Below the pieces are notes generated by a model, which was given only the letters and a program-made list of their open reading frames with translations, did not search any database and was not told the origin of the DNA. A stretch of 60,148 nt of DNA, from contig CAIWCT010000155.1 in assembly GCA_903911225.1 (NCBI GenBank), positions 1 through 60,148 of the forward strand, given 5' to 3'. This DNA is from an uncultured delta proteobacterium (GTDB lineage: Bacteria > Desulfobacterota > WTBG01 > CAIYCZ01 > CAIRTM01). The position numbers and the translations under genes are program-made. The first letter of the stretch is position 1. The number at the start of each line of letters is the position of its first letter. This document shows positions 36,948 to 47,926 of the stretch, piece by piece.

Positions 36948-38021
36948 TTAAGTTGCGTCGAAAGGCTGGCTGGCGCAGATGGCGGCCCCGATGAGCCCGA
37001 TCCGGGGATTCACAACAACATGCACCGGTATTTTTGCCATATGACCGCTCATGCGTCCCTTGTCGCAAAAAGCTTCCATGAAATTTCCAGCCTGCATCAA
37101 GGGCAAAATTTTAGGGGCAATGCCACCGGCGACATAAAGGCCGCCATAGGGAAGAAGTTTCAAACAGAGATTTCCGGCTTCCGCACCGTAGGCTTCGATA
37201 AAAAGATTCATGGTTTGCGCGCAGAGATAGTTCTTGCCGCTTAAAGCCTCTCTGGATATTTCAGCTGAAAGATCAATCGTTTTTTCAGCCCTGCCAATTT
37301 CCTGCTGCCACCAGCGGTACATTTCGGTAAAGGCCGCAGTCTCCTGCTGTGGTGACTGCTCACGAAGAAACTGGTATATCGAGATAATCCCCATGCCGGA
37401 AACAACCCGTTCGATGGAAATTCTGTGTATCTGATGAAGCTCGCACAGGTATTTGAAAAGCTGAAACTCAAGAGGAGAGCGTGGAGGGAAATCACCGTGA
37501 GAACCCTCGCTGGCAAACACCCGGCAGCCCCCGGGCTGCGAAATCAAAAAACCCTCTCCAAGGCCGGTGCCTGCACCGATAAGTGCAACTGGTGCCTGCC
37601 CGTCAGGAATCCCTGCCTGCAGCGTCACCGTATCTTCCGGCATCAGGGCCTGTATGCCATAGCCCACGGCAACAAAATCATTTATCAAGCGCACGCTGGC
37701 AAAGCCCAGATCCAGGGCAAGGCGCTCGCTGCTCAATGACCAGCCGAGGTTAGTAACCTCAGAGGTGTTTTCAACGACAGGGCCTGCAATGCCGAAACAG
37801 GCTTTTTCAACAGGCTGAGCCTGCCCGAGCTGTGCAGCGGCATTATGTAAAAATTGCCGCACCAAAGGTGCCAGATCAGGGAAGTCTCGACTGACAAATG
37901 TCTCTTCATACAGAACAGCCTGAACGTGCTGCCCCGTTTGTGCGACCGGAGGCCGAACATCGATCAGCCACAAAATAGTTTTTGTGCCCCCGATATCCCC
38001 TGCCAGTAGGATGCTTGCCAT
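36948..38021 (-). CDS. glk: Glucokinase
   Basis: It contains ILLAGDIGGTKTIL, ACFGIAGPV and NDFVAVGYGI. 357 aa. Confidence 0.85.
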   Translation of the reverse strand: MASILLAGDIGGTKTILWLIDVRPPVAQTGQHVQAVLYEETFVSRDFPDLAPLVRQFLHNAAAQLGQAQPVEKACFGIAGPVVENTSEVTNLGWSLSSERLALDLGFASVRLINDFVAVGYGIQALMPEDTVTLQAGIPDGQAPVALIGAGTGLGEGFLISQPGGCRVFASEGSHGDFPPRSPLEFQLFKYLCELHQIHRISIERVVSGMGIISIYQFLREQSPQQETAAFTEMYRWWQQEIGRAEKTIDLSAEISREALSGKNYLCAQTMNLFIEAYGAEAGNLCLKLLPYGGLYVAGGIAPKILPLMQAGNFMEAFCDKGRMSGHMAKIPVHVVVNPRIGLIGAAICASQPFDAT

Positions 38022-38148
38022 GCTGTGCCTCCTGTTAATTAGTTCGGTTGCTGTCTGGTGCTGTGGGGGTAAGGATGGTGCCGGTGCCTGTCAAGGCTCA
38101 TGCCCCGAAACATGCCCTGGATGCCATCCGTTGTTAAAAAAATGACCT

Positions 38149-39765
38149 TCAAGGGACAAGCACGGTTCCGGTGCTGTGAGCCTTGAGAAACTCAAGAAGC
38201 GGGGCAAGCACTTCATTTTTTCTGCGCAGGGGCCTGTCGGCAGCGGCGCAGAGCACGTCGAGGTGATCATAGCCGGGTATATTTTGCGCAAGAAACTCTA
38301 TTTTGGGCAGGGCATCTATTCCCTCCAAATGGTCCGTTCGTATGCCGTAGCGAGCCCTGAACGATGCCGGGACTATGCCCAGATCCACAGACAGCCTGTC
38401 GGGGAAATACCACTCGAAAAAATTCAGAGGCCCTTCAAACACGATCCGTGCATAGTCCTGTATATCGGTTACTTCCGTGCCTTCCGTTGTCAAAGTGACA
38501 GCGCCGGTCGTGTCGGTAAATGCCGGATCATCAGCAGTGCCTATCGTGTCAAAATTGGCCCAGGTGTAGAAGGTTCCGTTATCGATATCGACCGGCGCGA
38601 ACAGGCCTTCGCCCCCCAGCAGGCTCCGGCGCCGCACAACGGGCCCTCCTATAAGAAACCCGAGGCTTACCCGACCGATGCTGATGGGCTGAAAATTGTC
38701 ATCAGCAAAAAGGCCGAGCATGGCCTCATTGCTCAGATGGAACTCGCCGAGAGAGGGGGCGCAGGGCCCGGCGCTGTGAAGGCCGTAGGTGGTGAGAAAT
38801 TTAATGAGACCCTCCGTTGCGGAGGAAACCGCTATGCCTCGAAAAATGCTTGATTCATTGTCGGGAGCAAAACCGGCATACAGGGCAAGTATTTGAATGA
38901 GGGCCATGGCTTCAGGCGTTATGCTAATACCTGCAGACTGCCCCGGCGCAGGGGCGCGCAGCCCGGCAAGCCTCTGCGCGTAGCGCCTCTCCGAGATCGA
39001 TGACGACCACACGGCAACCGAGCCTTCAAGGCCGATGAGGCCTGCGCAGTTATTGAATCCCGCATCGTCAAGAGTTGCGGAATTATTGTCAAAATCCCAT
39101 GCGGCATAGGCCGCGGCAATGGGGGCTCCCATGGAATGCCCCGCAATAAAAACAGTTTTTTTACGGTCGGCTGAAACGGGTATTTTTTCTTCAAGTATGG
39201 TGTGTATATCCTGCATGAGCAGCTGCAGGCCGAACTCCGAAAGATACGGCGTATCGGCTGCCGTATAAAATCCGCCAAAAGTATGGCCATCGATAGAGGC
39301 GGCATTATAATAGTAGTCAAGAGCGGCCTGCGGATCTTGACTGGTTTCAGCCGCCTGCATACCGGTCAGATCTTCAAGGCAGTTCGAGCGCCGGTCAAGA
39401 GCCCAGACCTCTATCGGAAAATCCTCTCCTGCAAGCCCTACAAGCTGGCGTGCAAGATAGCCAAAGCTGCCGGCTCCGCCGAGATAGCCCGGTATCATGA
39501 TGACAACCGCGTTCACGGCCCGTGGCGTGTCATTGTCGGTTGCCAGGCGAAACCGCAGATAGTGCAAGTAGTCGCAGGCTGCAGGAGCCTGCCCGTTGCC
39601 GGAAGGCGCAGGCGAATAGATGGATTCTTCCTCCATGACCACATTATGCGGCAAAGGGATTCGCGCGGCAGGCGCTGAGGGGGCTTCAGGGATCAGTTCC
39701 TGTCTGCCTTTGCAGGCGCATAAAAAAAGAACGCACCAAATGACACACAGCATTTTTTTCGTCAT
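38149..39765 (-). CDS. Alpha/beta-hydrolase-fold lipoprotein (lipase/esterase-like)
   Basis: The lipobox-like start is MTKKMLCVIWCVLFLCAC. The nucleophile elbow is GHSMGAP. 538 aa. Confidence 0.6.
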   Translation of the reverse strand: MTKKMLCVIWCVLFLCACKGRQELIPEAPSAPAARIPLPHNVVMEEESIYSPAPSGNGQAPAACDYLHYLRFRLATDNDTPRAVNAVVIMIPGYLGGAGSFGYLARQLVGLAGEDFPIEVWALDRRSNCLEDLTGMQAAETSQDPQAALDYYYNAASIDGHTFGGFYTAADTPYLSEFGLQLLMQDIHTILEEKIPVSADRKKTVFIAGHSMGAPIAAAYAAWDFDNNSATLDDAGFNNCAGLIGLEGSVAVWSSSISERRYAQRLAGLRAPAPGQSAGISITPEAMALIQILALYAGFAPDNESSIFRGIAVSSATEGLIKFLTTYGLHSAGPCAPSLGEFHLSNEAMLGLFADDNFQPISIGRVSLGFLIGGPVVRRRSLLGGEGLFAPVDIDNGTFYTWANFDTIGTADDPAFTDTTGAVTLTTEGTEVTDIQDYARIVFEGPLNFFEWYFPDRLSVDLGIVPASFRARYGIRTDHLEGIDALPKIEFLAQNIPGYDHLDVLCAAADRPLRRKNEVLAPLLEFLKAHSTGTVLVP

Positions 39766-39971
39766 AGAAGCATTTCCTTTGTTAGAATAAAAAAAACCTT
39801 TTGGTTTCTCCGCAGCGGCTTATCAACACGGCCGGCTGTAATCGCAGCCTTTTAAAGAAAGACGGGTTTGCAAGTTTACGGGCAACCCCGGCAAATCAAT
39901 TGCAGATGTTTTTCATGCATACAGCATATCTACAACATAGAAGAATTTAGCAGCATAATCAAGTCGCATTC

Positions 39972-40820
39972 TCATGCCCGGCATGATTCAAAGGCCGCCG
40001 CCCCCACAATTACAAGGCCGCCGAGCACGGTCGTGAGCGTTGGAGCTTCACCCAGAACCAGCCAGGCAAGCGCAACGCCATAAACCGGCATCAGGCAGCC
40101 GATAAGCCCTGCTGTCTTTGCTTTCAGCTCCCGCAGTGACCCGGCAAACATGCTGTGCGGCACAGCTGTGCAAAAAAACGCAAGCAGGCCCAGCTGCAGC
40201 CAGATAGGGCAGGTGATGCTAACAGGGTCATGCTGCACAAAAGGCAGGGCTGCAAGGCCCGCAATCAGGGCCTGGTAAAACATGGAGGTATCGCCCCGGT
40301 ACTGCGCAAGATAGTGCCGCTGCAGCACATTGCGTAGCGCAAACGCCAGTGCCGACACCGTTCCCCAGAACAGGCCCAAAGCCGCGCTGCTTCGCAGGGA
40401 AAAATCGGGCACCAGCAGGCACACGCCACCTAGCACCGCGATGCCGCAGTAAAGATCTGCCCGGTGCGGTCGCTGCCCCTGCCAGAAGGGCTCAAGCAAT
40501 ACCGTGATGATCGGGTAGGTATATAGGGCGATCATGCCCACTGCAACGGTTGAAACCTGCATTGCATGGAAAAAAGTAACCCAGTGCAGGCACATGAGCA
40601 GCCCCGCAAGCCCCATGAGCAGCCAGTCGCGCACTCCTGTCAGCAGCACCCTGCGCTTGATCAGGGTAATGATAACAAGCAGGGCCCCGGCAGCCATGAG
40701 GCACCGCAGCGCCGTGATATCGATGGCTGGAAGCGGGATAAGCTTCGAAAAAAGCCCCGTGCCGGCAAATAGGATATTAGAGACGTGCAGCCCGAAAAGG
40801 CTTTTTCTTTTTTCATCCAT
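39972..40820 (-). CDS. EamA/DMT-family transporter
   Basis: 282 aa with about 10 hydrophobic segments in two repeated halves. Confidence 0.7.
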   Translation of the reverse strand: MDEKRKSLFGLHVSNILFAGTGLFSKLIPLPAIDITALRCLMAAGALLVIITLIKRRVLLTGVRDWLLMGLAGLLMCLHWVTFFHAMQVSTVAVGMIALYTYPIITVLLEPFWQGQRPHRADLYCGIAVLGGVCLLVPDFSLRSSAALGLFWGTVSALAFALRNVLQRHYLAQYRGDTSMFYQALIAGLAALPFVQHDPVSITCPIWLQLGLLAFFCTAVPHSMFAGSLRELKAKTAGLIGCLMPVYGVALAWLVLGEAPTLTTVLGGLVIVGAAAFESCRA

Positions 40821-40846
40821 ACGGGCATCCCGAAACGGCCGGCCGC

Positions 40847-41455
40847 TCAGCTCAACACACCCTGCGCCTTCAGGTGGGCGATTATTGTATCGGCGCAGAC
40901 ATCGACCGAATCGCTGTCGGTATCGATGATGATCTCGGGCATGTCTGGCTCTTCATAGGGCGCTGAAATGCCGGTAAAATCGGCAATCTCGCCGGCCCGG
41001 GCTTTTTTGTAGAGGCCCTTCGGGTCGCGTTCTTCGCAGGTGGCAATTCCGCAGCGGCAGTAAACCTCAAAAAAGTCCCCCTCGGGCAGAAGGTTGCGCG
41101 CTCGCTCCCGGTCGGCGCGGTAGGGTGAAATAAAGGCCGACAGCACGATAACGCCCGCATTAACAAACAGCTTTACCAGCTCGGCCAGCCGCCGGATGTT
41201 CTCCTGCCTGTCTTCGGCAGAAAAGCCGAGGTCGGCATTCAGGCCGTGACGCACATTGTCGCCGTCGAGCACGTAGGTGTGGCACCCGAGCCCGTGCAGC
41301 CTGTTCTCAACCTCATGGGCCACAGTCGACTTACCCGAACCGGACAGGCCCGTAAACCACAGGGCCAGGCCCCGGTGGCCGAACAGTTTTTCGCGGTCCT
41401 GCTGCGTGATTATGGACTCGTGCCAGACGACATTGCTGCTTTTTTTCTGTTCCAT
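40847..41455 (-). CDS. cysC: Adenylylsulfate (APS) kinase
   Basis: [25 protein letters not shown]...[26 protein letters not shown] chose the start at MEQKK (ATG 41455), because the track start at 41488 is a TTG. Confidence 0.9.
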   Translation of the reverse strand: MEQKKSSNVVWHESIITQQDREKLFGHRGLALWFTGLSGSGKSTVAHEVENRLHGLGCHTYVLDGDNVRHGLNADLGFSAEDRQENIRRLAELVKLFVNAGVIVLSAFISPYRADRERARNLLPEGDFFEVYCRCGIATCEERDPKGLYKKARAGEIADFTGISAPYEEPDMPEIIIDTDSDSVDVCADTIIAHLKAQGVLS

Positions 41456-41555
41456 GACTGCTGCCTTCCATATTATAAAGTGCAGCAAAACCTAGCACAG
41501 CATCGGCACGAAAGCAAGCATGAGAAGAAAAGAAGCGCATTGCCGATGTATTAAA

Positions 41556-42284
41556 TTAAGCTGGAGTCTCTGCGCCGGTTGACTGCGCCTGGCGTGCTTT
41601 CCTTCCTGTATGAATAGCTGCGATGCCGTTGGTGAGCCGGGCATAGGTCACATCGCTGAAACCGGCAGCCCGCATCATCAGGACAAGCTCTTCGGGCAGG
41701 GGGAATTTTTTTATCGAGTCGGGCAGGTATTCATAGGCCTCGCGGGAGCCGGCGATGAGAAGCCCGGCAGTGGGGATAATATAGCGGGAATAGAAATCGT
41801 AGAGCCTGCGGAACCACGGAAACACAGGGGTTGAAAATTCAAGGCACACAAGCCTGCCCCCGGGCTTGAGCACGCGCAGTATTTCCTGCAGGCCCTGCTC
41901 GCGGTCGGTAAGGTTTCGCAGGCCAAAGCCGATGAGCACCACATCGAAGCTTGCGCCGGCGCAGGCGATTCGCTGGGCATCGCCGCAGACAAAAGATATG
42001 CCATCAACTCCGAACGCCTTTTTTTTGCCCACAGCCATCATTTCGGGGCTGAAATCGCAGACCGTGACGGACTGCGCGCCTGCACGGGCTGCAGCCAGTG
42101 CAAGGTCTGCCGTGCCGCCGCACAGGTCAAGAACGCGGCAGCCCGGCGCAATACCTGCCGCTTTAATTGTCCGGCGCTTCCACAGATAGTGCAGGCCGAA
42201 GCTCAGCAGGGTATTGGTCAGGTCATAGCGGCCTGCGATGGCGCCAAAATATCCGCGAACGGTTTGTGATTGTCCGGGCTTCAT
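41556..42284 (-). CDS. ubiE: Demethylmenaquinone/ubiquinone C-methyltransferase (UbiE/MenG family)
   Basis: It contains YFGAIAGRYDLTNTLLSFGLHYLWKRR and SAM motif I VLDLCGGTADLA. Confidence 0.8.
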   Translation of the reverse strand: MKPGQSQTVRGYFGAIAGRYDLTNTLLSFGLHYLWKRRTIKAAGIAPGCRVLDLCGGTADLALAAARAGAQSVTVCDFSPEMMAVGKKKAFGVDGISFVCGDAQRIACAGASFDVVLIGFGLRNLTDREQGLQEILRVLKPGGRLVCLEFSTPVFPWFRRLYDFYSRYIIPTAGLLIAGSREAYEYLPDSIKKFPLPEELVLMMRAAGFSDVTYARLTNGIAAIHTGRKARQAQSTGAETPA

Positions 42285-42398
42285 GATAGCTAAATGATAA
42301 CTCCTCTTAAGAAACGCAGCGGCGCGTCGATGGCCGCCAGAGAGGCCGAATATACAGCCACTTCACAACCGGTGAAGCGAAAAAAAAGTTCCGTTGAT

Positions 42399-43643
42399 TT
42401 AAAATTTATAGGATACGCCCAGGCCGATGTAATGTGCGTGGGTGTCGCTGAGCTCGCCATCAAGCACCCCGTCGGCAGGCCGGGCTTTAACATCGCGCTT
42501 TTTGCTTTGTTTAAAGGTATAGGACGTATCAAAAGACCAGGCGTTCCAGTGAAACCCCAAGCCGCTGCAGAGCATTATGCGGTCATAGCATGGCAGCGTA
42601 TAGTCCACGGTATGCCGGGGCTGGGGCTCATTATCGTAAACAAAACCAAGCCGAAGATCAAGCCATGGCAGCGCCTTGTACTCAAGGCCAACCTGGTACC
42701 GCCATACATTGTGCCAGTCCTTTTCTATGATCTTCTGACGCAGCCCCGCGACAGGCTCATCAAATGTTGACCGCAGATGATCATAGCACCTCCACATGGT
42801 AAATACCGTGCTTGTTTCGATGCTCAGCCGCTCTTTGGGGAAAAACACCACCCCTGAGTAGAGCTCGGCAGGAAGATTTATACCCATGTCGAAATGAGTG
42901 TCGGGAAAAACCTTCCGGAGGTAGTCGGGCCGGCCGGTGAATGTAACCCGGCCTTTCACATTCTGATTTACCCTGCTGCGGAAGGAAATACCGGCATATG
43001 CCCAGTCAAAGGCTTTATAATGCACGGCGGCATTCCACCCCGGCGCTATCGAATCGCCTTTAATCCGCGAGTGGTAATCAAAAATCGGCACATTCTGGTC
43101 AAGGGTAACTCCTAACCGCATGACGCGAAGCCCGGCAGCAAGGGACAGCTTTTCCGTGACCTTCAGGGCAAAAGAGGGATTGAGCTCAACCCCTTTCACC
43201 AGCGCATTGGTGCTGTTATACCGGCCGGGCCAGTCGCTTGGGAACCGGGCGCTCGAGGCAAACCGGGGGATCAGGCCCAGGCCGAACCACAACCGGTCGT
43301 TTATTTCACGGGTAAGGTAGCCGTAGGGTATGAAACGGGGGGTCACGTCATTGTAGGTAGTGTGCGTATCACCTTGCTGTGATTTTGTTTTGATTTCGGC
43401 ATACCCAAGTGAAAGGGACGCGCCCACTGCAATTTGAGTCCCCTGGAGCTGCGTGATGCCGGCGGGATTAAAAAAAACAGCGGTGGGATCATCGGCGCGC
43501 GCCACCAGCGCCCCGCCAAGGGCATTGCCGCGCACGCTGGTTTCAAAAAGGGAAAAGCCCCCTGCAAATGACAGCCGCACACAGACCAGCAAAATGATGC
43601 ACGCGACCGCCAGTGGCTTTACTGCTTTATAGGGGTGTCTCAT
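42399..43643 (-). CDS. FadL/TodX-family outer-membrane hydrophobic-compound channel
   Basis: It has a signal peptide, then GGFSLFETSVRGNALGGALVARADDPTAVFFNPAGI. The C-terminus ends ...VSYKF. Confidence 0.8.
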   Translation of the reverse strand: MRHPYKAVKPLAVACIILLVCVRLSFAGGFSLFETSVRGNALGGALVARADDPTAVFFNPAGITQLQGTQIAVGASLSLGYAEIKTKSQQGDTHTTYNDVTPRFIPYGYLTREINDRLWFGLGLIPRFASSARFPSDWPGRYNSTNALVKGVELNPSFALKVTEKLSLAAGLRVMRLGVTLDQNVPIFDYHSRIKGDSIAPGWNAAVHYKAFDWAYAGISFRSRVNQNVKGRVTFTGRPDYLRKVFPDTHFDMGINLPAELYSGVVFFPKERLSIETSTVFTMWRCYDHLRSTFDEPVAGLRQKIIEKDWHNVWRYQVGLEYKALPWLDLRLGFVYDNEPQPRHTVDYTLPCYDRIMLCSGLGFHWNAWSFDTSYTFKQSKKRDVKARPADGVLDGELSDTHAHYIGLGVSYKF

Positions 43644-44060
43644 AACGCGCCACTTTCTGCTTGTGTTCTATTGGCATCTGTTCACGGACTAAATCGGGTC
43701 GCCAACGGCTGGAAACAATAAGGTCCCAGAATAAACCGCGGCCCGGTGCGGCATCTGAGCAGCAGTCAAAAACATTGGCAATGAAGTTACGGCCGCCCGG
43801 TTGCGCCTGCAGACATGACCAGATCACTCAAAGTTTATATGGGGCGAGTTTGAATTGACAATCATCCGTATTGAGATGGGCAGACTATAAAATGAGGGCT
43901 GTTGCGTGTCAATATAAATGTGGCAAAAGGGGGCTGCCAGCCGGGACTCTTCACAAAAGATGGTGCCGTGCCCGGCGGGCTATGCGCGCCCCGGCTTGAT
44001 TTTTAGGAGTATCCACACAGCAGTTTTCCGCACCGGGCGTCTTTCAGTTATGGCGCATCC

Positions 44061-44095
44061 AAAAAGAAAGGAGGATTTAAAAAAATCCTCCTTTC
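44061..44095 (-). terminator. Rho-independent terminator of ilvC
   Basis: On the minus strand a 13-bp stem gaaaggaggattt/aaatcctcctttc closes a 4-nt loop and is followed by TTTTT. It lies 33 nt after the ilvC stop. Confidence 0.85.
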
Positions 44096-44127
44096 GAAAA
44101 CAGCAATACGAGAAGCAGCTCAGGCTG

Positions 44128-45228
44128 TTAATTTGACTTGCGGCCTGCGATACCTTTGGTTGCCTTGGTGATCAGCTTTGCCGCTTCCTTAGGACGCAGG
44201 GCGCGGGTGGCTTTGCCTGCAAGCCACATCTCGGAATTTCCGAGCGTTGCAAGCTCCCTGGTCAGCAGTTCCTGGTAATTGGACTTGCTGCAGGTCGTGA
44301 GCACGCGGCGTGTCTCAGCGCCTGTCTTCACGCGCTTGTACAGATCGTTGAATACGGGCATAACAGCCTTCTTGAATTTCGGCTTCCAGTCAAGAGCGCC
44401 GCGCTGGGCTGTGGCTGAGCAGTTTGAATACATCCAGTCCATGCCGTTTTCGCTCACAAGGCGGATAAGGCTCTCGGTAAGCTCCTCAACAGTTTCATTG
44501 AAAGCTTCGCTGGGGCTGTGGCCATTTTTGCGCAGCACGTCATACTGCGCTTCCATAACGCCTGCAAGAGCGCCCATGAGAATGCCGCGCTCGCCGGTCA
44601 GGTCGCTGTACACTTCCTTCTGAAAGGTCGTGGGGAACAGATAGCCGGCGCCGATGGCGATACCGACTGCGATGGTCCGCTCAAGCGCATGGCCTGTAGC
44701 GTCCTGAAACACGGCAAAGCTTGCATTGATGCCGGCGCCGGAAAGGAAGTTGCGGCGCACCGATGTGCCCGAGCCCTTGGGCGCAACCAGTATCACATCA
44801 ACATTCTTGGGCGGAATGACCTTGGTCTGCTCTTTGTAGACGATGGAAAATCCGTGAGAGAAATACAGTGCATCGCCGGCCTTCAGATTTTTCTTAACTA
44901 TTGGCCAGATGGTACGCTGGGCAGCATCAGAAACAAGCATCTGGATGATGGTGCCGCGCTGTACCGCCTCTTCAATATCAAACAGGGTCGTGCCGGGCTT
45001 CCAGCCGTCTTTCACTGCGCGGTCCCAGTCGCGCTTGATCTTTTTTGACTGGCCAATGATGACATTAAAGCCGTTGTCCTTCATATTGAGCGCCTGCGCC
45101 GGGCCCTGAACGCCATAGCCGATCACAGCGATGGTTTCTTTGCTCAGTACCTTGCGGGCCTTTGCCATGGAAAATTCTTTGCGCATGACGACGTTTTCCT
45201 TCACGCCGCCGAAATCGATAAGTGCCAT
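44128..45228 (-). CDS. ilvC: Ketol-acid reductoisomerase, a divergent class I-like form
   Basis: IAVIGYGVQGPAQALNMKDNGFNVIIG, FSHGFSIVY and VILVAPKGSGTSVRR are present. Confidence 0.75.
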   Translation of the reverse strand: MALIDFGGVKENVVMRKEFSMAKARKVLSKETIAVIGYGVQGPAQALNMKDNGFNVIIGQSKKIKRDWDRAVKDGWKPGTTLFDIEEAVQRGTIIQMLVSDAAQRTIWPIVKKNLKAGDALYFSHGFSIVYKEQTKVIPPKNVDVILVAPKGSGTSVRRNFLSGAGINASFAVFQDATGHALERTIAVGIAIGAGYLFPTTFQKEVYSDLTGERGILMGALAGVMEAQYDVLRKNGHSPSEAFNETVEELTESLIRLVSENGMDWMYSNCSATAQRGALDWKPKFKKAVMPVFNDLYKRVKTGAETRRVLTTCSKSNYQELLTRELATLGNSEMWLAGKATRALRPKEAAKLITKATKGIAGRKSN

Positions 45229-45391
45229 ACTTTAAATCCTCCTTGAATTATTATAAAAAAAGTAATGCACCTGAAACGGTGCAACATTCGCGGGCGACAG
45301 TTTGCAAGCGCCGGTTTTCCCTGCGCAATTCCTTAATACTCTATATCCAACCCGCCAATATGTCAATAACTATGCAGAAATGCTTCCGTCC

Positions 45392-46108
45392 TTAAAAATG
45401 ATAGCTCACGCCCTTGTTGAAATTGGCCATGCCTACAAGGGATTTGATTTCCGGGTCGTCAGAGCCGGCGTAGCGGCGCAGCAGTTCGTCATAGGCTTCA
45501 TTGGCGGCCTCGCGATGCATGCCCTTGCCATATGACAGGCCTTTGCTGAACAGCGCATTGGCAATCTGGCTGTGCAGCGCGGGTTCCTGCGAGGCGCCGA
45601 AAAGTTCTATAATCGCGTCATAGGATCTGCGCTCTTCTTCAAACATATTCTTGCGGGTACACATAAACCCCTTCTGCAGCAGTGCCTTTGCAACCTGCTC
45701 CTGAATGGCCGGAACCTTGTCGCTTTGGAAGCGTTGTACCACCGCGTCATAGGCGGCAATGGCATCGGCGGTTTTACCCTGCTTATCAAGGGTAATCGCC
45801 CTGTTCACCTGCGCGATGGCGCTGCTTTCGCGGCTTGCGGCATCATCGCCTCCCGCCACAATCAAAAGAGCCTGGTCAAAAGCCGCCAGCGCCTCGCCGT
45901 GGCAGCTCTGCTTGCCCAGAATAACACCCTTGTTCACAAGCGCCTTTGCCGCAAGTTTTCTCAGCTCCGGCTCAGTGGCCGAGCTGAAGCGGCCGGCTAT
46001 ATCGTCGTATATCTTTTTTTCATCCCCCGTAGCGCCCTGCCGTGAAAATATTTCAGCCTTTTCAAAAAGCTCCTCAGCCTCTGCAACTCTTGCGTCACTC
46101 ATTTCCAA
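45392..46108 (-). CDS. TPR-like helical-repeat protein
   Basis: There are five or so ~45-aa repeats of the form ..AKAL.NKG..L...G...EA...YD....RF......P. Confidence 0.6.
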   Translation of the reverse strand: MEMSDARVAEAEELFEKAEIFSRQGATGDEKKIYDDIAGRFSSATEPELRKLAAKALVNKGVILGKQSCHGEALAAFDQALLIVAGGDDAASRESSAIAQVNRAITLDKQGKTADAIAAYDAVVQRFQSDKVPAIQEQVAKALLQKGFMCTRKNMFEEERRSYDAIIELFGASQEPALHSQIANALFSKGLSYGKGMHREAANEAYDELLRRYAGSDDPEIKSLVGMANFNKGVSYHF

Positions 46109-46133
46109 ATCCTTATCTCAGGTTCAGATCAAA

Positions 46134-47114
46134 TTACAGTTCAGTCAAATGCCGGCCGCCGGGCACAAGATAGTCGCGCACATAGCGCGCCACAAACTCA
46201 CGGAACCTGTCTGGTTGCTCATGGTATCCTGCCGCGTATAGCCGCTGCATGTCGGCTTTTGTAAAATATTGATAGCGGCCCTGCAGCTCCTCGGGCATGG
46301 GGAAGTATTCGATGACAGGTGGCTTGCCAAGGCCGTCAAATACGCCCAGGGCAAGATCATTGAAGGTATGCGCCCGGCCCGTGCCAACGTTAAAGATGCC
46401 GTTTACCTTGTCATTATTAAGAGCAAACAGTGTGGCGTCGATAACTTCATCGATATAGATAAAATCGCGGGCCTGCTCGCCGTGGCCGCAGTCGGGCAGG
46501 TGGCTTTCAAAAAGCCGGATTTTCCCTGTTTTCTGAACCTGCGGCACTGCATGAAAAACCACACTTGCCATTTTGCCCTTGTGATATTCATTGGGCCCGA
46601 AGACATTAAAGTAGCGAAGGCCCGCAACCGAGCCTGCAAGGCCGTTTTCAAGAACCCACATGTCAAACATCCATTTTGAAAATCCGTACTTATTCAAGGG
46701 CCGCAGCTTCGGCGTTAGCTTGTCGGCATCTGAAAACCCGAGGCGCCCGTCGCCGTACACGGCGGCGGAAGAGGCATACACAAAGCGCCTGCCGCAGCTG
46801 TGGGCCCACTGGCACAGCAGGATCGAGAAATCGACATTGTTTGCCAGCAGATAATCCATGTCGATCTCGGTCGTGTCAGAGCAGGCGCCAAGATGCACCA
46901 CAGCGGTTATGGCATCGGCCTGCGGGTCATCATTTAAAAATGAGAGCAGCTCCGTGCAGTGCACAAAGCGGCTGTAGCGCAGCCCGACAATATTTTTCCA
47001 TTTGTCCCGCTCGCCCAGGCGGTCGGAAAGGATGAGATCGCTTCTGCCCGCACGGTTGAGGGCGCAGGCAACAGCGCTGCCAATAAACCCCGCGGCGCCC
47101 GTTATAAGTATCAT
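46134..47114 (-). CDS. hldD: ADP-L-glycero-D-manno-heptose 6-epimerase
   Basis: MILITGAAGFIGSAVACALN...SDRLGERDKWKNI. It has extended-SDR architecture and is 326 aa. Confidence 0.85.
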   Translation of the reverse strand: MILITGAAGFIGSAVACALNRAGRSDLILSDRLGERDKWKNIVGLRYSRFVHCTELLSFLNDDPQADAITAVVHLGACSDTTEIDMDYLLANNVDFSILLCQWAHSCGRRFVYASSAAVYGDGRLGFSDADKLTPKLRPLNKYGFSKWMFDMWVLENGLAGSVAGLRYFNVFGPNEYHKGKMASVVFHAVPQVQKTGKIRLFESHLPDCGHGEQARDFIYIDEVIDATLFALNNDKVNGIFNVGTGRAHTFNDLALGVFDGLGKPPVIEYFPMPEELQGRYQYFTKADMQRLYAAGYHEQPDRFREFVARYVRDYLVPGGRHLTEL

Positions 47115-47890
47115 ATGGGTTCTCCCGTAATGGTTAAAAACTGCCGCACGGCAGCATTGAATCCATCGGCTGCTTCCTGCATGACCATGTGGCCTGCTTT
47201 CGCAAAAGACATGAACCTGCCCTGCGGCAGGGCCGCAGCAAGCTCGCGTCCCGCTTCAGGAGGCGTTATTGTATCATGATTACCGGAGATGACAAGGCCG
47301 GGCACAGAAATTTTACCTGCCCACGGCGTGCTGTCAAACTGCGTGCAGGCAAGCACGTCTTCATACATTGCCTCGCCCCCGTTGCTCAAAAGCATTTCAA
47401 GCCCGCGGTGATAAAGCTCGGAAGCAACTCCAGGGGCATAGGCGCTGTCGCAGGAGGCCCGTGCTGCGCGGTGAAAATCTTTCTGCAGCACCTTAAGATA
47501 TTCCGGAGCCACCACAAAGCGCATGGCCGTGCTCACGAGTATGAGCCCCGCAACCCGCGTGGGATAGGCATGGGCACATGCCTGAGCAATGGCCCCTCCC
47601 ATGGAATAGCCCATCACAATAAAGCTGTTCAGCCCGAGTGCCTCGACAAAGCTCTCAAGCCATGAGGCATACTCTTCAGCCGTATAGCCGCCTTTGCCCT
47701 GTGTTTTGCCATGCCCGGGAAGATCAGGAGCGATTAGCGTGCAGTCGGCGGCAAGGCCCGCAAACTGGCTTGCCCAGACCGAGCTGTCGCCGCCTGAGCC
47801 ATGAATGCACAGTATGGTGGGTTTGCCATGCCCGGCGACCGATGAAATTCTATAGGCTGATTTGTGTCCGTCGATGTTTGTAAAAAGCAT
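47111..47890 (-). CDS. Alpha/beta hydrolase
   Basis: It contains ILCIHGSGGD, GYSMGG and a C-terminal AGHM. Its stop overlaps the hldD start (ATGA). Confidence 0.75.
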   Translation of the reverse strand: MLFTNIDGHKSAYRISSVAGHGKPTILCIHGSGGDSSVWASQFAGLAADCTLIAPDLPGHGKTQGKGGYTAEEYASWLESFVEALGLNSFIVMGYSMGGAIAQACAHAYPTRVAGLILVSTAMRFVVAPEYLKVLQKDFHRAARASCDSAYAPGVASELYHRGLEMLLSNGGEAMYEDVLACTQFDSTPWAGKISVPGLVISGNHDTITPPEAGRELAAALPQGRFMSFAKAGHMVMQEAADGFNAAVRQFLTITGEPI

Positions 47891-47926
47891 TGTTGTTCAC
47901 CACAGAGGCACAAAAGATTTTTATAT

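Noticed and set aside
43801-43860. A stretch in the 480-nt FadL leader that superficially resembles the TPP-riboswitch core on the minus strand (cuuugag-ugaucuggu-caug-ucugcaggcg)
   Set aside because: The obligatory upstream CUGAGA/GGGG pairing partners are absent. The downstream gene has no link to thiamine. I could not fit cobalamin or other riboswitch consensus elements either.
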